Shown here: positions 13,390 to 25,059 of the stretch, one piece after another
Position numbering within the stretch: position 1 is the first letter of the stretch
Layout of the letters: each line of letters begins with the position of its first letter
From: Felis catus
Taxonomy: Eukaryota
NCBI RefSeq assembly: GCF_018350175.1
Contig: NC_058368.1
Coordinates: 134,232,001-134,296,000, forward strand
Length of the DNA stretch: 64,000 nucleotides
Reading direction: 5' to 3'
Position numbers and translations under genes: made by a program
Notes under the pieces: model-generated
Database searches by the model: none
Seen by the model: only the letters and a program-made list of their open reading frames with translations
What the model was told of the DNA's origin: nothing

Positions 13390-13575
13390 GAAGGGGAAGG
13401 AAAAACAGAAATTAAAGGAGAAAATAACAAAAGAGAAGATGGGAGAGAGACATAGGAAATGAGAGACAGGGGAAAAAATGGAGAAGAGGAAGAAGGGAGA
13501 GAGGGAAGATCTGGAAATCTAGAGGAGAAAAAATAGTGGAGGGAGGAGAAGGGAAGGAATAAGGAGGTAGGACAA
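13390..13575 (+). repeat. purine-rich (GA-rich) low-complexity tract
   Basis: Strongly A/G-biased sequence. Confidence 0.7.
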
Positions 13576-14523
13576 ATCAGATGGAAAAAATTGCTACCAT
13601 CAATTTTGTAAGGAATTTCTCCTTGGGCCCCAAATTTCTGGCAAACGCAGTTCCCAATTCTTGACAGTCCCTTCTAGTATGAACCGCTCCTTAACCTGTT
13701 TCTTTTCACTTTTCTATACGTTACATTTTTAAATGCCTAACTTTTTTTTTTTTTTTAATATCACGAAAGGGGCCTCTGATGGGTAAGGAAATAGAGCAAA
13801 ATACTTTCAGTGTACAAGTGCCACTAATGACTTCAATCACCTGCATTCTCCTTAGCCACTGCTTGGGAATGCTAAGTACTCCATTCCAGACCTCATAGCC
13901 AACACTCTGTCCTCTGAGGGAGTGATTTAATAGGTGACTTCTCCACTAGAGGGATTTTGAGACAAATTTTATGAGAAGACTTTATATTTGAAAGGACTAT
14001 GGAACTGTGAACACTGGCAGCCCAAAACTGCAAAAATACGTGGCAAGATTGGAAGCAGCTCTTTCCAGGACAGTGGGGTCTCAGTAGGGCCTTAGGTGAG
14101 CTTTTTTTTTTTTTTAATAATTAACATTTCTATGGAAGAAGAGAAATTGTTTGTTTCAAATTGTTATTCTTAGATTGCCCTCAAAACAGAGAGGCATTTT
14201 AAAACTCTCCTTACAATGGAATTATCTGCATGAATTTTGCCTGTAGGGTAATCAGCACTAAACTCAAAAGGAATCAGCATTTTCTTATGACTCAACCCTG
14301 CTGCAGCTTACTGTTTTTCCCCCACAAATATGTAAATATTACCCAAAGGTGTTGGAGTCAGGAATAGCAAATACATGGTACCCATTCCTGTATTTTCCCC
14401 TCCACACACAGCCAGCCTTGATAACCAAACATGACACTCTTTTCCCTGGTTTCTTTGAATCCTTCTCTGTGTATCTTCTGGGGTACACCCTCAATCATAT
14501 ATAGAGTTGGCATGTGATTTCTT

Positions 14524-14526
<3 letters not shown>

Positions 14527-14560
<34 letters not shown>
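14527..14560. repeat. (GT)17 microsatellite
   Basis: Read directly. Confidence 0.98.
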
Positions 14561-14564
<4 letters not shown>

Positions 14565-15146
14565 ACATGCCACAGTCTCCTTTAGCAGTATGGAATGCCT
14601 GTGGATTCTTATTATAATAAAACTAATAATCTATTTCATTTGTCAAAAAAAAATTCGTGCATGAAACAAAATACTTAAGAATATTGTGACATGCAGAGAC
14701 CAAAATATTTTTTATTTAAAATACAGTAATAGATTTGCTTTTTAATAAGCACACTAAAAACACCATGTGCCAGTGGGTTTTTATAAAAATTACCTGATTT
14801 GAACACAGCAATGAGTATAAATAATTCATCTGTATTATGTCCAGTTAAAACATGATATAAACATTTCTGTAATTTGTACTGTTGACAGAGTCACAGATGG
14901 CACTACTAATTTTTTTCCCATCCAAGTGAACCCTAAGTTAAGCATCCTGGGTGTGAGGGATCATGAAATTCGGAACCTCCTGATTTTTAGCAAAAGAAAT
15001 TTTTAGACCAGATACAATGAAAGAGAATTCAGTGATTGTTTTCCTTATGGCATAAGAATTTCTCATAATAAGAAACAGGGAAAAACTCTGAAGCTCAATA
15101 TTAAAGGTTAGTAAAAACTATTAGTAAAATTAGCATTCATAATGTA

Positions 15147-15651
15147 TTTTATTATTTCTTTTTTATTTAGGAGAGAGAGCGCAGGCATAAGCTGGAGAGG
15201 GGCAGAGGGAGAGAGAGAATCCCAAGCAGGCTCCATGCTCAGCAGCAGCCTTGTAGCAGGATTCTCGCACAGAAAGTCATGACCCTGAGGCTTTTCTTTC
15301 TGGGAAGCAATTTCATTTGTGCCGGCGCTGGTCAGTTGGGTTCCTACCCGAAGAACTGAGGCCCGAATGCCACGTGGCGTAGTTTTTTATACATTTTCTA
15401 TTTCTTTGTCTCCATATGTGGTAGCACACAAACATGTAGTCTGATTAAGTGGTCTCATGTTACAAGTTCATGAGGGATGTTGTCATGTAAGCGCATAGCC
15501 AGGTTGCCATGAGGATTTTTTTTCTCCTCTCCTTAGGGAGGGGACCCTACCACAGCCTGAAGCCCCAGGGCTAGATCCCACGACTCTGGGATCACGACCT
15601 GAGCCAAAATCAAGAGTCAGATGCTCAACCAACTAAGCCACCCAAGCACCC
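15147..15651 (-). mobile_element. CAN-SINE interrupted by a solo LTR
   Basis: SINE halves at 15147-15251 and 15555-15651, flanked by attcataat(g/a)tattt. Confidence 0.9.
15252..15554 (-). mobile_element. solo LTR, ERV1/gammaretrovirus-like, 303 bp
   Basis: TG...CA termini; 4-bp TSD gcct at 15248-15251 and 15555-15558. Minus-strand TATAAAAA at 15384-15391 and a degenerate polyA signal at about 15311-15317. Confidence 0.85.
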
Positions 15652-15741
15652 ATATTCATAATATATTTTAGGCCTCTGTTGCCTTTTATCGTTCTTTATC
15701 TTGGTTTTTGAAAACAGCCAGATCTTTCTAAAGTTGTAGTC

Positions 15742-15904
15742 TTTTTTTTTCTTTAAAAAATTATTTTTAAGAGAGAGGCAGAGAGAGTGAGACACAGAAT
15801 CCGAAGCAGGCTCTGTTCTGTCAGTGTGGGGATCGAACCCACAAACTGAGATCATGACCTGAGCTGATGTCCAACGTTCAACTGACTAAGCCACCCAGGC
15901 ACCC
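15742..15904 (-). mobile_element. CAN-SINE (internally deleted)
   Basis: gacacagaatccgaagcaggctc...gccacccaggcaccc; degenerate TSD aaag(t/c)tgt(a/g)gtctt. Confidence 0.88.
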
Positions 15905-18900
15905 TGCCAAAGCTGTGGTCTTAATACCAGCCAAAATCTCGATATGGAACATACTTTGTGATTTGTGGATATCCGGAATATGGCAATAAAAATGACATAT
16001 ATCCTAGTAAATGTTGGCTATGTAGTTCTATATTAAAAAAAAATTCTTTCCCTTACTAGTCCTGGAAGATGGCTTCTATATTTGGATTTCAGTCTAGACC
16101 AATAGGGAGTTGGATGTGACAAGCCCTGGAATGTGAGGTCCTCTCCGCTGAGCATAAATAGTCAACTCTCAGGAAGATGGATGTGTGGCCCTTGGGTTTG
16201 TAGCTGATCTGGGCCTTTTTAAGAAAAATCAAGGGATTGGAGACCTCAGACGAAAATGCAGGGCTTAGGTCAGACCTGCTCTGACATCATACTCCCTTTC
16301 CTTCTCTAGTAAATTGTTACTAAGGAAGCACCTTCTCCTTGTGAAATTGGCCTTTTTCTATCCACCATTCAGATGTGAAAATTAATGAGCAGGAAAGGCA
16401 GGAGCTGTGAGGTTCTTTGAGAACATCTAGCTATTAAGAAAGTTGTGCCAAGCAAGGTAATAGCTCTTTAAGGAGGAAAAAACAAAACAACAACAACAAC
16501 AAAAAAGCAACCTTTCAGAGGAAAGAAATTCAGAAGAGGACATAGTAATGTAACCAAACAAGTCTTGTCAAGTTTTAAAAAGTACAATTTAGAAAATGAA
16601 TGGTTAGAAATGCAGTGGGGGCATGTTCATCAGCAAAATGCTATAATGTTTGAAACAGTATCCACCATCACAGCCAGCCAGGGGCCTATCATTACTGGTC
16701 TAGCAGGGCATACTTTGTTGGCTATCCTAATTTTCTTAAAAATCATTTGTTGTCCACTTTTGCTTTTCTTTCCCTATTGAAACTGAAAAGAGAGTAAATG
16801 GAAAATGAGTGGAATAAATTAATTTTCTTTATCTGAGAGAAAAGTTATTCGGCATTATATACTTTTAGCCATAATAAATAGCGTATGTAATATGGGGAAT
16901 TTTGCCTGATTACTGGCATAGTTCATCATCTTCCAAAAGCAACCTGGCTCTCGAAATGCAGAATATGTATCTTTAAAAAGCCATTTGGGAAATTCTGCTG
17001 GAAGGTATTTGTTAAGCTGACTGGTGTGACAGTTAGGCAGTTGATTCATACACAGGGTCACCTGGCCAAGGAAACTGCATTTTACCAGCCCACAGAAGTC
17101 TTCACGAGCCTGAGCACTTTTTTTGCCAGCCCACTTAATCCTGGAGGAGGCCCATGTGTAGACTACAGAAGCCCTCTCTGCTCCCAGATCGCAGGCTCAC
17201 CACAGGCACACAGGACTCTGGAAGCAGTGTGGCACGATTATCTGCGAGGCAGCACCAGCCGGGTGTCTGTGCATACCGACATGGGTGGTTCTCTCTCTTC
17301 AGTGACCCCAGAAAGGCAGGAGGAACCAGGGCCATCCCCAGAACGTGGCTTTTCCAACACAGCAGAATCTCTCTCCACCTGATGTCCAAACCATCCATTT
17401 TTGCTCAAGCGATTGCCCAGACACTAGGTGTTCCTATATTCCCTGCCAGTCTCCCAGAGGGCTTTTACTCAACCGTCTTGGTTTCTATACAGAAGCTGAA
17501 ATTTTCCCTGTGATAGAAAAAACAGAAACACTTTTTGCCAGTCTTGGCTCATCCTTTGCTTCCAGTGATGCCCATCACATGGATCTGGAAGACCCACCGC
17601 AGAAGCTCCTGCCAACTAGTATCATTTTTGTCCCATTAACGGAAGTTGCAGGCCTGCTCTGAGTTATTCACATTTGGGTCAGCCACGTGGGCCTCAAACA
17701 GGGTAACCTTGGGCTGGAATACGGCGTCACAATCTGCAGCTCCTGTGTATGATTTCTGAGTGGAGGGGACATGCCCGGCATGCGTGTACAGTCTTTCATG
17801 AGTCATCCTTTTGTATTGTGCTGGTTGGACCTTGTCTTGCTAAGCACCACTTAGAGCTTCTGTTGGTGGGTCGTGTTGCCTTCGCTTGAAGCATGTGATG
17901 TGCTTAATGATCACATAACCAAGCAACATGGCCTCTCTTCGCTGAGGCCACCGAGCCTTACATTTCACTAACTCTCCCAGTGAAAAACAAGCCCTTCTGC
18001 AGGGCCTGTGTCCTTAGAGCAGGGAGCTTCACTGCTCTGCGGGCTCGGTGGAGACCATAGAGGGAACGAATAGAATCCGGGTGGCATTGTTACTGGCCTT
18101 GGCACAGGCCCCCGGTGTAATGTGATAATCCCAGCCCTCCAGCCCTGGGGAGGAGGCCACGGCGTACCTTACTCAGGAATCAACTTCTGACCTTCTGGCT
18201 TTTCTACACACACCCCCCTTCGCGTCCCCAAAACAATTTTCTTTAAAACGCTAGCTGCTCTGTCATAAATTATCCTTTACTTAAGGGGTTTGGCTCCTGT
18301 GTGAGTTACTGTGGTTTGAAAAGAAGAAGAAAAGAATCGGAACATCTTGGTTTAGCCAAGATCCAACCCCTAACCAAGGAGAAGTGAAAACAGGCTAGAA
18401 AAGGCAAAGTGAAAGGGCAGGGAGAGGAGGTTTACTCACATGCTGTTTTCAGCTGGAGGCTCATAACTAGCTGCTGGTATACTTTTTTACAAGTATCTTT
18501 TTCCATACCTGCATTTCTCTGGGGAGGGGGCTGAGAAGAAGAATGTGCCTGTCGGCAATAGTTCGCATTGTATCTTTCACATTTTCAGATGTGTTGGGAG
18601 CCCTGGAGCCGCTTCTCTGCCGTGTGCTTGACGGTCGTGTGCTTGAGGGAGGCAGGCCAGGGAGCAGAGCCTTGCGGGCGGAGGTCCCCGAGGCCCACGG
18701 GGGTGATGTCGTGTCGGCCAGCGGCACAGGAGAGAGTGAATGCACCAACAGTGTGCCAGCCGAGAGCTTTTCCCTTGCACCACCGCCTGGTTTCACAGAG
18801 GAAATGAGCTCCTTTTGTGTGTGATTGAGGAGCGTTTCTGTGTGCTGTCACTGGCTGTTTAGCAGGGAAACCGAAATGAAGTACATGCCCGCTGCAGTTT

Positions 18901-18963
18901 AATGGTTTACTTTGATCCCAATTGTTTCATTCCTCTTTTCAGGAGCATAAGTCTCTTTAGGAA

Positions 18964-19120
18964 TTTTTTTTTTTTTAATGTTTGTTTGTTTACTTATTTA
19001 TTTATTTATTATTGAGAGAAAGAGCCTGAGTTGCGGGAGGAGCAGAGAGAGAAAGAGAGAGACACAGAATCCAATGCAGGCTTCAGGCACAGAGCCGTCA
19101 GCAAAGAGCCCAGCACAGAG
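18964..19120 (-). mobile_element. CAN-SINE lacking its 5' head
   Basis: Tail, CT tract and gacacagaatccaatgcaggcttcagg are present; homology stops at about 19120. Confidence 0.85.
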
Positions 19121-20559
19121 CCAGCCCGGGGCTGGCTGCTAGCACCTCTCTCCCAGGCACTGTCCCTTGACCCCTGAGTGGTGGTGTCTGTACCGGCTCC
19201 ATATGTGCAGCCAGTAAGTGTGTGGCTTAGGACGGGGCCTCGGCCACCTCCTCCTTGTGGATTCGGCCTCTCGGTAGCACTCAGCGGCTGCAGACCATCG
19301 CCCTCCTGTGTCAGCCTTCCCTGTCTTTTCAGGGTCACCTAGCCTTGCTCTGTGAAGTGCTGGGCCCACTCTCCCCCACCTTAGCCTGTGGGCCACCTAG
19401 GGAGTGAGATCAGCTTCAGCATAACGCTCAAGGCTTCTTCATTGCCTGTGATGCCCTGTCTTGTTGGGGTCCAGCCCAGATGGGTGTCTGGCAGCCTGAG
19501 AGGCAGCACCTTGACTTCTAGGGTCCTTCTCAGGTCTCCCACCCTTGGGGCAAAAGCCCAGAGAGGGACAGTCAGGAAACACATGTCCACTTGATGTGCC
19601 TTCCCGCCTTGGTGTCCCTTGATTTTCTTCAGGAAAACGATGAAGGGATGGGATTTTCCTTCACCTCCTTCTTCCTCTGTACTCTAGGTAAGCCTTCAAC
19701 AAGAGCACTTGGGGTATCATCTCCAGAATACCACCGAAGTCAATTAGCTGGGCCTTCCAGGATTGCTTTTAATGTGCTAAAGAGCGCACAGAGGAATTTA
19801 GCAAAGCCTCTCTTTCCACGAAGCCTAAAATCTCCCCAAGAAATGAAATTCCCGCCCTTGACCTCCGAGATAAGAAATGCCACAGAGTATGCATTCAAAG
19901 AGAAAGTAAAAATCATCAGTTTAATATTTTCTGAGGTATTTTCAGTATTTAAACCTTAAGTGGCCAGGACTGCCACAGTGCACATCTCCTGCGGGGTGCG
20001 ATCCACGTTCCCTGGAACAGAGCTGTGTGTCACTGTCATCTGTTCTTACCTTTAAATGCATGTGTCCATCTGTAGTGGAGCTGTGAGGGAAAGAAGAGGA
20101 TGCCAGGAGGTAGAAAATCTTTCTAGAGTGAGTTGTCAATCATATTCTTAGCCGTGGTTTTGTAATCATGTGTGCTCTGGTAACGGGATAATAATCAGGA
20201 AAGAGTTTCATTTAAGTTATTAAGCACCAAGACACTCTACGTGAAATATATTTTGACTTTACTGTTCCTTGACTTTCTTTACCAAGAATGCTTCTACTTG
20301 GCACCAGAAACCAGGGATGTTTAGTGTTTAATCTTTCAACTATGCCTGTGCTTCAAGAAGCTCCTGATCCTTCTGTGTGTCTGTCCTCAGCTTGGGTAGA
20401 CAGTCTGTGCTCTAGGCTTCCTTTGGTAGGTTTCTAAGGCAGTTTAAAATGAATATAAAAATAAATGACATGCTAAATTGTCCCCGATGAGACAGTGAAT
20501 TATGTCTGTTAGAGGTGTTATTTTTAAAAAGAAAAAAAAACATAACCATACACAATATT

Positions 20560-21820
20560 ATTTTTTCTCATTAAAAATGAAAAGGTCATATCGCATAAGC
20601 CTCTATGAATCTTGATTTCCTTACTGAACCACACTGGAGAAACACCTTCAAATTAACGAGCATATCTCTAATGCGCTCCTTTAAATGCTGTGAAATACAT
20701 TTTATGAATGTAACGATACTTTCAAGAATTCCTCTTTTGATAAACATTCCCTTTATTTCTGTTTTTTCTCACTGGCATAATCCTTCATTCAAACACTTTG
20801 TAAATATATCCTTTTATATCTTAGTGCCATTCTTTCTGTAGAATAAATTCGTAGCAGTGGGATTATGTGGATTACAGTACATGTATTTTTAAATTGATGA
20901 ATATTGCAGATTGCTTTCCAACAACAAAAAAAAGAAAACTCTAACAATTCACATTTCTAAAAGCAATATAGTAGAATTTTTCCTGGATCCCTGCCAAAAA
21001 TAGGCATTCTCACTCTTTCTTTTTGACAATCTGATGGCTGTAAATTACCTCATTGTGGCCTTAACAGGGTTGAATGCTTTTTGGTATTCTGCTTTCAGAG
21101 GACTCTTTATGTATTTTACCCCAGCATCTGTTGGGTTGTTTGCTTTTGTTGTTGTTGTTGTTAATTTATAAGACCTATTTGTGTAATGAAAATATGAATC
21201 ATTTACCTGTTGGGTTTGTTGTAAATATTTTTTTGCCAATGTGGTCTTTTTTCCCAACAAAATTTTTTTTTAAATTTTTTTTTTCAACGTTTATTTATTT
21301 TTGGGACAGAGAGAGACAGAGCATGAACGGGGGAGGGGCAGAGAGAGAGGGAGACACAGAATCGGAAACAGGCTCCAGGCTCTGAGCCATCAGCCCAGAG
21401 CCTGACGCGGGGCTCGAACTCACGGACCGCGAGATCGTGACCTGGCTGAAGTTGGACGCTTAACCGACTGCGACACCCAGGCGCCCCCCCCAACAAAATT
21501 TTTAATTTTGAATATTTAGATAGCTCCGTAATTTCTTAGTGTGTCTGGGCTCCCAGAATTGGTAGAGCATTCTCTCCTGCCTCTAGGATTGTACATGAAG
21601 CATTTTGAAAGGCTTTGATTGTTTTAATTTTTATACATAAGTCTTTAATCCATCTGGAATTTGTTTCTGCATTTGGTGTGAACTAAGGGTCCAACTTAAT
21701 TTTTTTTACGGATGGACAACCAGTTGTTCCAGCTCCATTCATGAAATAAATGACCTCTTCCCACTGAATGAAATATCACCTTTGTCCTACATTAAGCTCC
21801 AATTTATATTAGGTTTTATG
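20560..21820 (-). mobile_element. ancient L1ME-like relic
   Basis: agtctttaatccatctggaatttgtt, gtccaacttaattttttt...atggacaaccagttgttccagc, and ctcattgtggccttaa. Confidence 0.7.
21268..21487 (-). mobile_element. CAN-SINE, young SINEC_Fc-type
   Basis: About 5 differences from the 181-405 body; TSD cccaacaaaattttt at 21253 and 21489. Confidence 0.97.
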
Positions 21821-21832
21821 TCTCTTCACCCC

Positions 21833-22038
21833 TTTTTTTAAAAATGTTTTTTTTATTTATTTTGAGAGAGAGAGAGAGAGACAGACAGAGAGAGTGGGGG
21901 AGGGAGGGAGAGATTCCCAAGCAGCCTCCATGCTCAGCATGGAGCCCATTGTGGGCTTGTTCCCACAACCCTGGGATCATCACCTGAGCCAAAACCAAGA
22001 GTCGGATGCTCAACCAACTGAGCCACCCAGGAGCCCCT
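21833..22038 (-). mobile_element. CAN-SINE
   Basis: gagattcccaagcagcctccatgctcagc...gagccacccaggagcccc. Confidence 0.92.
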
Positions 22039-22470
22039 CTTCCCTCTCTTTTATTCCACTAACTTACTTGTCTATTCCTGTGCCATAGTTATTTCTGACA
22101 AGGCAAGTTCTCCCTTCATTAGTCTCAGTGACCAAGAAGAAATGTAGGGAAGAATATCCACCAGGTTGCTTAATTGGTTCACAAGAGTTGAGATGAAGAG
22201 GTAACGGAGAGTTTGTACAGGATAAAGAGACAAAGGGCAGAGACAAGGCAAAGGGAAAAAAAAAAGACTACAGAATAAAAGCTGTCCATGAAAAAATAGT
22301 ATGTTAGATAAAATTCCACCCACCTTTTTCTTCTTCCCATTCTGTAATGATGTTGTGAATATTAGCAGTGAGATACATGACCACCATCGTGATCACGTCC
22401 AAATGAGCATCACTGTGTTTCTGCCAACTGCTGTGCTTGGTGAGGCCCGTGAGAAAATGCCTGAGATCTC

Positions 22471-22555
22471 TTGCCTATGATGAGCTTTGAAGTGAGTTTG
22501 AACAGTGAATTCAGAGATGAACACAGTTGATAAAAAACGGCTCTCTGAAAGGCGA
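22471..22555 (+). ncRNA. candidate orphan box C/D snoRNA (unverified)
   Basis: C box ATGATGA 22477-22483, D'-like GTGA 22505-22508, C'-like GAGATGA 22514-22520, D box CTGA 22545-22548; terminal stem ttgcct/aggcga. Confidence 0.25.
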
Positions 22556-25059
22556 ATCTTCTTTTCTACAAAATGATCAACCATAACAACTTATTAACAG
22601 CAGACCTGGACGTTGCCTTGGAAGGTTGAATATCATGATGGATCCAACTCATTATTGCACATTTATATTGCACTCTTTAAATAGCTAAGTGCACAAAGAG
22701 AAAATTGTTTCAGTTTGAAAAAGCTTGGATTTTTCCCTTGAGTGAACGGATTCTTTCTGCCTCAGGAGGTTTTATTTACACCAGCTCTCCCAAGGGTCTC
22801 TCCATCTGCTCATTCTTCCTCCCGGCCTCAGTTAGTGTTCTGTGTGAAGAGTACAGATTTACATAATTGGCTATTCCTTATTGGAAGGGATGTATTTTAA
22901 CCCATTTTGGGAAGTAGATAGTAAAAAACCCACACTGTAGATTTTTGGAAGCCTCATTGTTTATTTCTTTTCTTTCACATTCTTTTTTTTTTTTTTAATT
23001 TTTGTTGCTTCTTCAGTCTGTATGATTTTTTCCCCTTATTTAGTTAACCCTGATTATATTCTTTATGAAACTGTTATAGACAGACCCTTCATGTTCTCGT
23101 CAATGAGAACGTATTATTAGAATCCTTATTTAGTGTTTAGGTTTTGTGTTAAAGGAATGGTGTGGGAAAATTTAACAAAGTCATTTTAGTAAAGCAATTA
23201 GCAGTCATTTCATTTGTGATAATTAATTGGGGCAAATGAGTTATTTGTAGAATTAAGAGGGCATAGAAAAATTCAAATGCCCACTTTCTCTTTTTCTGCT
23301 TTGTATTACCTATCGATATAGGGTTTTTACATTTCTCCTACTTGGGTGATTTATGTATAATTTCCCTTGAACAAAGGTAGATATTACAGATTATATTTCT
23401 TTATAATCTTTTTTGAATGTTTAAATTAGAATCATCAGAAAGATCTGTATGAACCGGAGCTCTGGATTGTTAATAGGAAAAAATATGTTAAGAATGGTAT
23501 ATGGCATGAAGGTTTCAAATTAAATACATTTTGTTTTGAAGAAAAGCTGCCATTGCCTCTGCAACTACATCACAAGATAGATTTCAACCCCCCTTGCCAG
23601 CTCCTCTGTGGAATTTTCAGACAAAGACCTCTTAATTGGCTGTCAGTGAGTAACACCTCATTCTTTTCCATCCAGATGATGTGGAAGAAAGAAGGCATAA
23701 ACTGCACAATGGAATATCGTTGGAAATTGTCTCATGGACACAAGCTTTGATTCCACATCTGTAGACCTGACAGTAAAGGAGAAGATTCCCCTCCCTTCCT
23801 CTCACCATTCTTCTAAAGCTGGTCTCAATTCAAGATAAAAAGCAAGTTCTAAAATTTAAGATTATTTTAATATCAAAGGGAGGCCATGAAAACCGCATTT
23901 TCATCAGAATTACAGGCTCATGTTTTCTTTTTAAATTACGCCTTAAAAAGCCAACTCCCAAATTTTAGCATAGAAGCTCACCAAGGGTAGGGCCAATGTT
24001 TAGTTAGCCAAGGGTATTAATAATGAAGTGTGAACCTGACCTTGTTAGTATTTTAATACAAAAAGAATATTACTGTAAACCAAAAGAAGAAAATGTTTCT
24101 AAAACTCTTAAAAATAAAAAAAATCAAAATTAAAAGCAACCTTTTGAATTTAGTTCAAAAATTTCTGAAATGAGTAAGACATAGTGAGAAAAGGGACTAC
24201 ATAGTAGGAACATATTTTTGAAATTAGTATCCAATATTTTTTTCTCCAAATATTTCCCATTTTCTCTCCTTTCTTTCTGTTTGCTAGTTGGTCAGGGCTC
24301 ATTGTTTTCTAAACAGTTTTTGAACTGAAAAAGCCAAAGGCCCAAGATTTAAGCTAAACAGGTGGCATGGATTTGAGGAGAGTAGAGCTTTCTCTGGAAA
24401 ACAGAAAAGATTTCCTTGGGCTAAGAATGAGAGAGGCTCTGCCTCCTGGAAGACAGGTCCTGGATCCTTCTTCCAGGATAGACTCATGAAGGTAGTCAAA
24501 CACCAGTCGGACTGGGAGACACTGGAGAAGAGTTTGAAATCCATTACGGTGACATTCCAGTAGGATTCTAAATGGCTACCTCTGCGCAGAACCACCAGAA
24601 TGGTCCCCATGTCTTAGAGTACAGATTCTTTGGAAGTAGTACAGAAGACCCATCTTAAAAAAGCCAAACAGACAGAAAAGAGGGCTGTCTAAAGTGCTTC
24701 AAGGATCATAGTGAGTGTCCAAGAAGATAATAGATCCATACATACCTATGTGGACATCAGGCTTCAAGAATCAAAAGAATGTTGCATACTCTACTACACT
24801 GTCATACTTGGTCAGCCCCTGAGAACTTAGACTCCATGCAGAAAATGAAAGGGAGAGAGGGCCCAAGCATACTGATGGGAATTAGCTTCTGTCATCTGAC
24901 ATGGGGGTTCAAAATGGAAATTCAGTTAATTATAGACAGTGAAGTGATAAAGTCTCACTCAAGAGTTGGTAGAGATTCGAAGTGGAATGGCAAGTATTAA
25001 AAAGATGTCCTAAGGGCTTCTCCATGTTCTGCTATGAGATAGCCTGCACCTAGAAGTCT

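Noticed and set aside
14889..14908. CTCF-like cacagatggcact (and a similar motif at about 41320 on the minus strand)
   Set aside because: Only the 3' half of the consensus matches; cannot be supported without ChIP or conservation data.
17026..19959. Cluster of the longest ORFs (100-122 aa) on both strands
   Set aside because: They overlap in conflicting frames and strands, resemble no protein I know, and are expected from locally higher GC. No polyA or TSD indicates a processed pseudogene.
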